From contig JBAXWY010000012.1 in assembly GCA_037128175.1 (NCBI GenBank), positions 1-60,009 on the forward strand: a DNA stretch of 60,009 nucleotides. The letters are read 5' to 3'. Every line of letters starts with the position of its first letter. Positions within the stretch are counted from its first letter, which is position 1. The notes beneath the pieces were generated by a model. The model searched no databases. It was not told where the DNA came from and worked only from the letters and a program-made list of their open reading frames with translations. The stretch comes from Methanothrix sp. (lineage in GTDB: Archaea > Halobacteriota > Methanosarcinia > Methanotrichales > Methanotrichaceae). Shown one piece after another: positions 8,373-16,920 of the stretch. The position numbers and the translations under genes were made by a program.

Positions 8373-8858
8373 TTGATCCAGCTTCGCTTGCAGGAAGGCT
8401 ATTGCATTGATACATCGGCATTGATTGACATGCACACCAATCATTATCCACCTGATATTTTTCCAGGCTTGTGGAAGGACCTTGAATCCCTTGTCGATCA
8501 GGGATTGCTAATTGCACCCGATGAAGTCTTTCACGAAATATGTGTGAAGGATGATGGATTAGCAAAATGGGGAAAGTCCAACAAAAAAATGTTCATTCCC
8601 CTTGATGTTGATCAAAGTCAAGAAGTTTCACGTATCCTGGAAAAATTTCCTGGCCTTGTAGATCAGAATAAAACGATTCCTGAGGCTGATCCGTTCCTAA
8701 TCGCGTTAGCAAAGTGCAGAGCCTGGACGGTTGTTACATCAGAACGGCCCAACAATAGCCCCGTCAAGCCAAAGATACCGAATGTATGCAAGAGCCTTAA
8801 TGTAAGATGGATCCGATTATTGGAGTTTTTCAGAGAGGTTGAATTATTATATAAATAA
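8373..8858 (+). CDS. DUF4411 PIN-like protein
   Basis: YCIDTSALI, EVFHEI, ADPFLIALA, VVTSE, KIPNVC; usual partner of XRE-ImmA genes. Confidence 0.85.
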   Translation: MIQLRLQEGYCIDTSALIDMHTNHYPPDIFPGLWKDLESLVDQGLLIAPDEVFHEICVKDDGLAKWGKSNKKMFIPLDVDQSQEVSRILEKFPGLVDQNKTIPEADPFLIALAKCRAWTVVTSERPNNSPVKPKIPNVCKSLNVRWIRLLEFFREVELLYK

Positions 8859-8900
8859 TATTATATTAATAGTGGCTGAAAGCAGAAAATAAGAATGAAT

Positions 8901-8955
8901 GTTCCCCCGGGCGGCCTGCCCCCGCGCGCGCTCGCCCGCCCGCAGCTCCGCTGCC
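8901..8955. repeat. Short GC-rich element upstream of the MNT-HEPN pair
   Basis: Contains ccccgcgcgcgc, also the 5' core of copies C and E; strong GC spike in AT-rich intergenic DNA. Confidence 0.4.
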
Positions 8956-9087
8956 ATGGATACCGAAGAGCCTGGCATTTGCATGATCAGTTTCGTCAAT
9001 GGCGACATCAGTATGCTTCTACCCCTGCCGGAAACGCATACGTTTAAATTTCATGCCGTCTTATTATACTTCAGAGTCCGACCAGAT

Positions 9088-9384
9088 ATGCCCATGAAAA
9101 TTGATGAACTGCTGAAAGCCAAGCGCCAGGAGATCCTGGACATAGCCGCCAGGCACGGTGCCCATAACCTTCGGGTCTTCGGCTCCGTTGCCCGAGGAGA
9201 GTCCGGGCCGGAGAGCGATCTGGATATTCTGGTAGAGATGGAGCCAGGAAAAAGCCTATTGGATCATGTGGCCCTAATGCAGGACCTCGAAGACCTCCTG
9301 CAGCGAAAGGTGGATGTTGTTAGCGAGAGAGCCCTGCATTGGTACATTCGGGACAAAGTGCTCGCTGAGGCTACGCCACTATGA
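9088..9384 (+). CDS. Minimal nucleotidyltransferase (MntA-like antitoxin)
   Basis: VFGSVARGE...SDLDILV motif; start at MPMKID rather than 8899. Confidence 0.9.
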   Translation: MPMKIDELLKAKRQEILDIAARHGAHNLRVFGSVARGESGPESDLDILVEMEPGKSLLDHVALMQDLEDLLQRKVDVVSERALHWYIRDKVLAEATPL

Positions 9385-9725
9385 AGGATGATCGGGTTTA
9401 CTTGATCCATATCTGGGAATGCATTCAACGCATCGAGTCTTACTCTATTGAAGGCAGGTCTGCATTTTTGGCATCTACAATGATGCAGGATGCAATTATC
9501 AGGAACTTTGAGATTATTGGAGAAGCCACCAAGCATCTATCTTTGGAGATGAGACAATCACATCCCGAAATCCAATGGCGAGGACTGGCAGGATTTCGAG
9601 ATGTGCTAATTCACAATTACATGGGAGTTGATTTGGTCGAAGTCTGGAACATCATTGAAAATGAACTCATCCATATCAAGAGCAGCCTTGAGCCAATAAT
9701 GACTGAGCTTCAGTTACTTCCGTAA
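9381..9725 (+). CDS. HEPN/DUF86 toxin (HepT-like)
   Basis: DAIIRNFEIIGEA and RDVLIHNY (RX4HXY); ATGA overlap with the MNT gene. Confidence 0.9.
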   Translation: MKDDRVYLIHIWECIQRIESYSIEGRSAFLASTMMQDAIIRNFEIIGEATKHLSLEMRQSHPEIQWRGLAGFRDVLIHNYMGVDLVEVWNIIENELIHIKSSLEPIMTELQLLP

Positions 9726-9728
9726 GAC

Positions 9729-10421
9729 TCACTTTCTCCCGATCCTCTCCACCCCGTCCCCTCTCGCCAGGTACAGCTCGTCCAGGTTGTCGAAAATCCC
9801 GTGCTCCACCACACCCGGAATGGGGCTGATTTTCGCAGCCAGACCCTTCGGATCAACGATAACCCCAAAGTCCACATCCATCACAAAGTTGCCGTTGTCC
9901 GTGATCACCGGCCCGTCCTTCCTCACGCCCTGTCGCAGCACCGGCTTTCCGCCCAGCTCCACCAGCTTCCGCTCCACCAGCCGGAAAGCAAAAGGCAGAA
10001 CCTCCACCGGCACCGGCCAGGTGAGCTTTTCCACATACTTGCTCTCATCGGCTACTATTACGAACCGCCGCGCTGAGCAGGCCACCACCTTCTCTCGCGT
10101 GTGCGCCGCTCCCCCGCCCTTGATGACGAACAGGTTATGGTCAACCTGATCGGCTCCGTCGATGGCCAGATCCAGCACAGGGTGCGAATTGAGCGTGGTC
10201 AGTTTTATCCCTGAGGCGATGGCCAGATTCTCGGCCTGAAAGGAGGTGGGAACTCCCCAAAAGTCCAGCCCCTCCTCTTTCACTCTTTCGCCCAGCCGCT
10301 TGATGGTCCAGGCCACGGTTGAGCCCGTGCCCAGGCCCACCACCATGCCGCCCTTCACTAAATCTGCAGCCGCCTCACCGGCAAGCCTTTTGGCATCCGC
10401 ATTAGCAGAAACGTCTTTCAT
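9729..10421 (-). CDS. rpiA: Ribose-5-phosphate isomerase A
   Basis: [25 protein letters not shown] motifs. Confidence 0.95.
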   Translation of the reverse strand: MKDVSANADAKRLAGEAAADLVKGGMVVGLGTGSTVAWTIKRLGERVKEEGLDFWGVPTSFQAENLAIASGIKLTTLNSHPVLDLAIDGADQVDHNLFVIKGGGAAHTREKVVACSARRFVIVADESKYVEKLTWPVPVEVLPFAFRLVERKLVELGGKPVLRQGVRKDGPVITDNGNFVMDVDFGVIVDPKGLAAKISPIPGVVEHGIFDNLDELYLARGDGVERIGRK

Positions 10422-10448
10422 GAAAGCCTCTAAATAAAATGGATTTAA

Positions 10449-10518
10449 CTTTTGTGTCTTTGTTCCTTCATGGTGAACCCGGAACGACGCTCACCACAAA
10501 GACACAAAGGCACAAAGG
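10449..10518. repeat. ACAAAG-periodic inverted repeat pair
   Basis: tttgtgtctttgttccttcatggtga facing tcaccacaaagacacaaaggcacaaag. Confidence 0.75.
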
Positions 10519-10556
10519 ACGAAATTCTGGTCTCCTTCCTACCCTCAACCCTTAGC

Positions 10557-12167
10557 TCACACGATCTCGCTCTTCACCGTGGTGAACACCGGTCCACGCA
10601 GGTCCATCTTGTGCTTGTAGCTGGTGATGTACCTCTCCAGAGCTGGATGGATCTTGATGTTGATATCCCCAGGGCTTCTCACGATGCGGGCGCGCGTCTC
10701 CGACTCCAATCCGGCCATGGCGGCCACCTCGATCTCGTAGGCGGCCAGCGCGGCAAAGGCGTCGATGTACTTGATGCCCGTGCTCACGCCCTCGTTGAAG
10801 GCCTCCTCCCAGCGGGAGGTGCGGGGAATGCCCATAATGTTCTGCTTGTGCACCACGATCTCGTTTTGGGCAGCCGGGCCGCACAGCTTTGTGTTCTCCT
10901 CTGGCTCGACCACGGATACCTTGACTTTTCTCCCGAAGAGCTCCCCCTCCCAGGCCGCAAACTGGCAGGGCGAAGTCGTCTCTCCATGCTCGGTAGAGAC
11001 AGCAACCACAGCCTGTGCTATGGCCTGGCCGGCAGGCGTTGTGGGCAGCTTCTCCACGGATATCATCTGCGCCATCTCCCGGGCGGAAAGCTCCCAGTTG
11101 GTCTGGAACTGCGGATAAGAGAGGGCCCGCATATCCTGGGAGTTATGCAGTATCATGGCAATCCTCTCCACACCCAGCCCCAGGTTCATGACTGGATAGG
11201 GAATGTCGTACTGGGAGAGGGCTGTAGGCGAGTAGATGCCGAAGGTGGCCACCTCCACCCATCCCGACTTGTATTTGGTGGCCGAACCGACCAGGCCGGG
11301 GTGGTAGGCAAAGACCTCGATCTGCGTTCCGGGAATGTAGTACTTGCTTCGCTTGTCGTCCGGCCGGAACTGAAACTTCTCAAAGCCAAACTGGCTGAGC
11401 AGGCCGTCGGCAACCGCTTTTCCGTCCTCCACGCTCACATCTTCATCCATGATCACGCAGCTCGCCGAGTAGTAGCTCATCAGCCGTGCCGCATCCTCCG
11501 CCTGTTCGCGCCGGAAGCAGCGGTCCACAGAGAAAAGCTTGAGCGGCAGCTTTGTGCGGTGATGAAGATTGGAGAGCGACAAAAACCATCCCGAGGTCAT
11601 GTGGCTTCGCAGCGTGCGCGTCGTGGCCTCGGCCTTCAGCTCCCTAAACTCAGGAAATACCTTCTCCAGGACGACAGAGATGAGGGCATCATGAGCGCCC
11701 AGGGCTTTGGCGATCTCCTGCACCAGGTCGTCGCCCTCCACCTTGCCCTTCTTGTAGCCGTGCAGAATCTGGCGCAGGGCCTCTGCCTCTTCCCCGGAAA
11801 GTTCCCGGCCCAGAAGGGCACTTACCTGAGAGATCCTCTCATCGGACATGCCTATATCGGGCCGGGGCAACCCCGCCAGGTAAAAGCAGCGATCCAGCAC
11901 GGCCAGCGCCTCCGAGCCGAACTGGCGGTAAACGTCCGATGCTTCGACCATCACCGGGTTCATGGCCTCGGAGAAGCCCAGCCGGATGTAGGCCTCCCGA
12001 AGCTTCTGAATGGTATCGAATATGGGGTGCACTGCCCCGAAAGAATAGCTATTTCTGGGATATTTCTCGTTTAGGGAAGGCTTGCCGAGATACTCCTTCC
12101 CCTGCTGCCAGGCCTTATCGAAATCCTCTTTGGCAGCCTCTTTAATCAGGCTGGGATCAAACTTCAT
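10557..12167 (-). CDS. sepS: O-phosphoseryl-tRNA(Cys) synthetase
   Basis: TLRSHMTSGWF, FSVDRCFRREQ, MNLGLGVER, LCGPAA motifs; 536 aa. Confidence 0.95.
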   Translation of the reverse strand: MKFDPSLIKEAAKEDFDKAWQQGKEYLGKPSLNEKYPRNSYSFGAVHPIFDTIQKLREAYIRLGFSEAMNPVMVEASDVYRQFGSEALAVLDRCFYLAGLPRPDIGMSDERISQVSALLGRELSGEEAEALRQILHGYKKGKVEGDDLVQEIAKALGAHDALISVVLEKVFPEFRELKAEATTRTLRSHMTSGWFLSLSNLHHRTKLPLKLFSVDRCFRREQAEDAARLMSYYSASCVIMDEDVSVEDGKAVADGLLSQFGFEKFQFRPDDKRSKYYIPGTQIEVFAYHPGLVGSATKYKSGWVEVATFGIYSPTALSQYDIPYPVMNLGLGVERIAMILHNSQDMRALSYPQFQTNWELSAREMAQMISVEKLPTTPAGQAIAQAVVAVSTEHGETTSPCQFAAWEGELFGRKVKVSVVEPEENTKLCGPAAQNEIVVHKQNIMGIPRTSRWEEAFNEGVSTGIKYIDAFAALAAYEIEVAAMAGLESETRARIVRSPGDINIKIHPALERYITSYKHKMDLRGPVFTTVKSEIV

Positions 12168-12197
12168 GCTTTTGTAGCTCCAGGAAATTGGTCTTTT

Positions 12198-12306
12198 CTT
12201 TGTGCGTCCTTTGTGGCTTTGTGCCTTTGTGGTTTGGTTTTTTTAGGTAGATGTGTGGGATTAGAGCTTACTACCACCCTCACCACAAAGACACAAAGGC
12301 ACAAAG
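12198..12306. repeat. ACAAAG-periodic inverted repeat pair
   Basis: ctttgtggctttgtgcctttgtggt facing caccacaaagacacaaaggcacaaag; the latter is identical to the arm at ~10492. Confidence 0.8.
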
Positions 12307-12330
12307 ACGACTCTATTGTTCTATTACCCT

Positions 12331-12963
12331 CTATTTTTGGTGCAGCTCGCGGAAACGGCAGAGCGATTCCTGCATCTTAGCCAGCTCCAGAGCATTGGTG
12401 AGGTCGCCTCTCGTCCTCTCCAGCATGCTCCGGGCCAGGTCGCTCTTGCGGCGCAGGCCGCGGGTGATGGCATCCGGATAGTCGAAGAGCATGAGCAGGT
12501 AATAAATCTCCTCGATGACGCCCAGGAAGTACTCGCCTTCCGCTGCCCGCCCGGCGCGAATGAGGTCGAGAATATGGCGGCGCAATTCCCCCGTAACGTC
12601 TCCCAGGCCCGCTAGATAATTAACGGGCTCGACTCCCACCTCATCGACAGTCAGGATCTCATGCCGGGTGGTGATGGAATAGACACACCTGGCTTCAGCA
12701 TACTCCTGCTCCGCTCCATCCACAAATCCAGCGTAGCGCACATCCTGGTGATCCTTCAGGGCCCCCCGAATTCTCTCCAGTCCAAGGGCCGCCTCCCCCA
12801 TGAGCCTCTCCGCTGAGGTCAGGTCATTCCTATGCACGGACCGGATGGAGGACGAGCAGAGGCGAATAACCTCGCGGGAGAGGCGGAATGCCTCTTCTCG
12901 GGCACGGTCTTTGCAGTCAAAGCCGGCCAGCATGCTTTTAGACAGGTTCTCGAAGATCGACAT
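12331..12963 (-). CDS. Translin/TRAX family protein
   Basis: RE...LSREVIR, QEYAEA, YLAGLGDVTGELRR, LRRKSD. Confidence 0.88.
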   Translation of the reverse strand: MSIFENLSKSMLAGFDCKDRAREEAFRLSREVIRLCSSSIRSVHRNDLTSAERLMGEAALGLERIRGALKDHQDVRYAGFVDGAEQEYAEARCVYSITTRHEILTVDEVGVEPVNYLAGLGDVTGELRRHILDLIRAGRAAEGEYFLGVIEEIYYLLMLFDYPDAITRGLRRKSDLARSMLERTRGDLTNALELAKMQESLCRFRELHQK

Positions 12964-12975
12964 AATAATTGGGCC

Positions 12976-13764
12976 TCACTTGATGTTCATCATCATCTTC
13001 AGGCGATTTACGGACCTCTGTCCCTCCTCCAAAGAGCGGGACTCTGTGACAATGCGGCCGCTATAATCCTTTAAGGCTAAAGCTACCTTTTTCCATGGGA
13101 CGGTGCCGTTTCCCACCGGCAGGTGCTCGTCTCTCTCTCCATGATTGTCGTGCACGTGAGTGTGAATGATCTTGTCCTTAAACGGCAGGAAGCTCTCCAC
13201 ATTTCCATTAGTGTTGGCATGGCCTACATCAAAAACAAAGCCCACATTCTCACGGTCCACCGTCTCTATTATTCCCAGAACCTCTTCCGGCTGGCGGCCT
13301 AAAATGGCAGGCATGTTGACCATGTTCTCCACGGCAATTCTCATGTCCAGATTTTTGGCGTGATCGCATATCTGCTGGATGCCAAGAATGCACTGCGACC
13401 AGGCGGCATCTGGCATATGCATTCCCAGAGGCGAGAAGTGGCCGGGATGAAGCACAGCCAGGCGGGCGAAGTCGCTGGCAAGATCCAGGCAGCTTTTCAT
13501 CTGCCGCACCGTCTCCTCCCAGATAGGCTGGTTCACGGAAGCCAAATTCAGGTCGGAGTAGGGCAGATGAATGGTAATAATTAGATCGGTAGTCTCGACG
13601 ATCTGTTTTGCCTCAGACAGATTCTCTCGTGTCAGCTTCTGCTTTCCTTCATTTACGATCTCCCAGCCGCTGTAGCCCAGATCTTTCAGTTGATAGGCCC
13701 AGTCAAAGGGCCTGTCCACCAGCTTGCTGGAAGAGAAGCTAAACACCCGCTCCTCCCTGCTCAC
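12976..13764 (-). CDS. Sugar phosphate isomerase/epimerase (AP endonuclease 2 TIM barrel)
   Basis: HLPYSDLNLAS, VENM, FDVGHA, HVHDNHG..DEHLP.G.G. Confidence 0.85.
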   Translation of the reverse strand: MSREERVFSFSSSKLVDRPFDWAYQLKDLGYSGWEIVNEGKQKLTRENLSEAKQIVETTDLIITIHLPYSDLNLASVNQPIWEETVRQMKSCLDLASDFARLAVLHPGHFSPLGMHMPDAAWSQCILGIQQICDHAKNLDMRIAVENMVNMPAILGRQPEEVLGIIETVDRENVGFVFDVGHANTNGNVESFLPFKDKIIHTHVHDNHGERDEHLPVGNGTVPWKKVALALKDYSGRIVTESRSLEEGQRSVNRLKMMMNIK

Positions 13765-14197
13765 CCTCTTCCAGCCCGCCCTCTCCTAGCTCACTTTGAT
13801 CAATCTCTCTGACCGGCACGCCGTTCACGGTCTCAGGCGCCAGCCAATTGATGACGCCTTCGCCTCCCGTGATCTGCACATGCAGTGATCCCAGGGCCTC
13901 CTCTTCCGGAGGAAAGCTCACCAATCCCATCAAAGCGGCTTGCTTGCTGAGAAGGAAGGCAGTGGTATTGCCCACCAGTGTGCGCAGCATCACCTTTCGG
14001 GCCGTGTCCAAAATCTCTTGCCTTCTCAAAAGCTCATGCAATGTCTTAAGGCTATCCGGGCCGTTGTAGGCCTCAATCTTGTCGGCGCGAATGTCCATTA
14101 TCAGACCGGGAAAGATGTTCTCAATGGCCGATACGACTTTCTCCACGCGTTCCGTGGGCCTGACGGATGAGCAAATAGTAACCTCGATCGTTCTCAT
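13739..14197 (-). CDS. UPF0201/DUF54 RNA-binding protein
   Basis: VRPTE..EKV..AI.NIFP, ILDTAR, KQAA. Confidence 0.8.
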   Translation of the reverse strand: MRTIEVTICSSVRPTERVEKVVSAIENIFPGLIMDIRADKIEAYNGPDSLKTLHELLRRQEILDTARKVMLRTLVGNTTAFLLSKQAALMGLVSFPPEEEALGSLHVQITGGEGVINWLAPETVNGVPVREIDQSELGEGGLEEGEQGGAGV

Positions 14198-14202
14198 CGC
14201 CT

Positions 14203-15444
14203 CTAGATATGGCTTGTCTTGTATCTGAGGACGGCAGCAATCCCGCCAAAGGCCTTGTAAAGCTGCTCACCCTCCTCAAACTCCGTGGAGATGATTTTGA
14301 CCTCTGCTTTACTCTGATCTGCCAGCTTGGATAGTTCGGAGACTATATCCTCTTCTCCGGTGATGGTTAGAGTACCCCCGCACTTCAAGCAGTTGCCCAG
14401 TGACTCAGATGCCTTCGAGCGGGTTTGATTGTCGGAAAAGTCGCAGCTTCTGCTGGTGCATTCGATCTTAGCTCGCGTCTTTCTCAGATCCTCGGAGAGA
14501 AGAAGGATCTCTACTGCCCCGAGTTCCAGGTTATGGCGAACCTCATTATCACCGTAAGCCGCCAGACCTTTGTCGGAAACCAGTTCCTTCATGAAGCGGC
14601 GCATGAGCATTTTGTCTTGCGTCACCTCTAAATCGGAGAGTTGATCTTGAGCGGCATCCACCAGCTCGTACAATCCAGATTCGTCGGTATAAGAGACATC
14701 CAGGGCGCCCAGAACCTTTTTCTGCAGCTCGTGATGCAAAAAGCCCCCCTCCACAAACTCTTCTTTGGTAGGAGAAGGCCCGCCTACCAAGATGCCTTGC
14801 AGATCCTTGGCATCGATGGCTAGGAATGCTTCGTTGGCCGATTCTCCTATCCGTTTGTAAAATTCGTGTATGGCGATGAGACGTAGTTGCTGGAACCTGT
14901 GGCTGGACTGGCCACCTTTTCTCTGCTTGCCCGGCACGGTAGAGGTGAGGTGCTTTATAGGTTCTGTGTATTTGCCCTTTAAAATGCCAATGGCCGCCTC
15001 GCGCCGGTCCAGTACGATAAGCCCGAAGGTCTTTTTGTCGGCCAGCATCTCCTCGAGCGGCGCCAGTAGAAATGATGAATCGCAGTGGTATCGGTAGGTT
15101 ACCAGGGGGTCGGGCGGCTCTAAAGCTACGCTGTACATCTCAGTTCGATTGGCTCCGGCATCCACGCTGCCGATGAATATGACTACTCCGTTGGCAGGGG
15201 GCTTGGGGATGAGCTTGAGTCGGGACATGGCCGACTCAAGGGAGCCCTGCACGGAAAGTCTGGTGACACGAGATTTTATGTTGGCTGCCTGCCCGTACTC
15301 TTCACGTAGCTGGCTTGTGACATCATAGATCTGCTTATCGGGGGGGATATAAAGGGAAATTAGCTCAGTCCCTCGACCCGTCTTGCTTCTCAGGCCATCG
15401 AGAAGACGCTTAAATTCATATTTTTCCTGTGCAGTGAACTCCAT
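14203..15444 (-). CDS. prf1: Peptide chain release factor aRF1
   Basis: GRGTELISLYIP, NIKS, YHCD, GGQS; start at MEFTAQEK (15444). Confidence 0.95.
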   Translation of the reverse strand: MEFTAQEKYEFKRLLDGLRSKTGRGTELISLYIPPDKQIYDVTSQLREEYGQAANIKSRVTRLSVQGSLESAMSRLKLIPKPPANGVVIFIGSVDAGANRTEMYSVALEPPDPLVTYRYHCDSSFLLAPLEEMLADKKTFGLIVLDRREAAIGILKGKYTEPIKHLTSTVPGKQRKGGQSSHRFQQLRLIAIHEFYKRIGESANEAFLAIDAKDLQGILVGGPSPTKEEFVEGGFLHHELQKKVLGALDVSYTDESGLYELVDAAQDQLSDLEVTQDKMLMRRFMKELVSDKGLAAYGDNEVRHNLELGAVEILLLSEDLRKTRAKIECTSRSCDFSDNQTRSKASESLGNCLKCGGTLTITGEEDIVSELSKLADQSKAEVKIISTEFEEGEQLYKAFGGIAAVLRYKTSHI

Positions 15445-15499
15445 CGGGAATCTCCCAAAAACACTCACGGCCAAGATATAAAAGGCTTCTTCAACTCGC

Positions 15500-16836
15500 G
15501 GGGTTAAGGGGTCAAGGAGTTCCCATTCTTTAGGGTGGGGAGGAATTGGACCCCTTACATGATTACTTTCACCTACAACAGATTGATATAATATCAGGTG
15601 AATGTACTTAATCATGCAGCTCACAAAAACCATTATCCTGAAACTTGATTCGCTAGATAACGATCTAGCCGAGCTGCTAAAAGCCTTCTCGCAAGGCATG
15701 AATTACACCTCGCAATTCGTGTTTGACATCGGCAAGCCTGTCGGGGGCGGCCAGATCCAAAACGCCACATACAGGCATCTACGAAACAATCTTAACCTGA
15801 AATCTCAGATGGCTTGTAACGTAGCTCGCCAGGTGTCGGGAGCTTACAAAACGCTGCAAAGTCAGATCGACAAAAAGGAATCTGAATGGCAACTCCTAGA
15901 TTTCGATCCAACCTCGGCCACATTCTCGTTTGAACGCGATTTCACGTTATCCAAGGACACCCTTAGCATAACCACATTGGCGGGACGCAAAAGATACAAG
16001 CTCCTGAATTACCAGTACGCTCAGAAATACCTAGACGGATCTTGGAACTATCTGGCATCCAAACTTTGTTTACACAAAGACGGAGCTTACTTTTTCCATC
16101 TGGCCTGTGAGAAGGATATTCCAGACAAGAATATAGTTGATGCAACTACTTTCATGGGCGTTGATGTCGGCATAAATTGTCTAGCTGTTGCCTCGACGAC
16201 TGACAAGGAATGCAAATTCTTTGCAGGCGGCGAGATTAAGAATCACCGAAACATTAGATCCAAGGAACGCCGGAGACTTCAGAAGGCGGGCGGTCGCTAT
16301 TTGGGCACTCGATCTAGCATGAGACTTCTACAGAAGTTATCTGGTCGAGAGACACGGTTTATGACTGCCATGAATCATAATGTATCTAAAAAACTCGTTC
16401 AGTTCGCAATGCAAAATGAAGTCTCCGTAATCGGTATGGAAGATTTGACAGGTATTAGGAAGAGAACGGAAAGCAAAGTATCCAAAGAGTTTAGGTACGA
16501 GCATTCCAGCTGGGCATTTCGACAGCTACAAGGCTTTGTGGAATACAAAGCCAAAGAAGCCGGGATAGTTGTAATCTACGTGAATCCTGAATTTACTTCC
16601 CAAACCTGCCCTAGATGTAACCACATCAGCCGAAATAACCGGAAGGGCATAGCCTTCCGATGCGAAAAATGCGGTTACGAAACCCATGCCGATAGAGTTG
16701 GTGCAATGAATATTGAGCACCGAACACGAGACTTGAGGTATATCCTTGAGTCTCAGGGCGGTTTAGTCAGCCCGCCAGACGCGACACGACTTTTTACGTA
16801 GTCGCAAGCCACGTCCTTCAGGGCGTGGTAGTTGAC
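15500..16836 (+). mobile_element. IS200/IS605-family element, tnpB-only (IS1341-like)
   Basis: Left hairpin region ggggtcaaggagttcccattctttagggtggggaggaattggacccc; right end aagccacgtccttcagggcgtggtagttgac; no tnpA. Left boundary approximate. Confidence 0.8.
15614..16801 (+). CDS. tnpB: RNA-guided endonuclease TnpB
   Basis: RuvC-I GVDVG, RuvC-II MEDL, zinc finger CPRC...CEKC, RuvC-III ADRVGAMNI. Confidence 0.92.
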   Translation: MQLTKTIILKLDSLDNDLAELLKAFSQGMNYTSQFVFDIGKPVGGGQIQNATYRHLRNNLNLKSQMACNVARQVSGAYKTLQSQIDKKESEWQLLDFDPTSATFSFERDFTLSKDTLSITTLAGRKRYKLLNYQYAQKYLDGSWNYLASKLCLHKDGAYFFHLACEKDIPDKNIVDATTFMGVDVGINCLAVASTTDKECKFFAGGEIKNHRNIRSKERRRLQKAGGRYLGTRSSMRLLQKLSGRETRFMTAMNHNVSKKLVQFAMQNEVSVIGMEDLTGIRKRTESKVSKEFRYEHSSWAFRQLQGFVEYKAKEAGIVVIYVNPEFTSQTCPRCNHISRNNRKGIAFRCEKCGYETHADRVGAMNIEHRTRDLRYILESQGGLVSPPDATRLFT

Positions 16837-16920
16837 GAGGAGATTTATAAAGCCTGAATAGAACTAGCAAAATTCGATAGATTCAAAAACTATATAAAGA
16901 TATAAGTTATCTTATAATCT

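Noticed and set aside
10452-12074. 540-aa plus-strand ORF
   Set aside because: Antisense shadow of sepS caused by GC-rich codon usage.
15445-15699. 85-aa N-terminal extension of aRF1
   Set aside because: It crosses the IS left end and the tnpB start; aRF1 similarity begins at MEFTAQEK.
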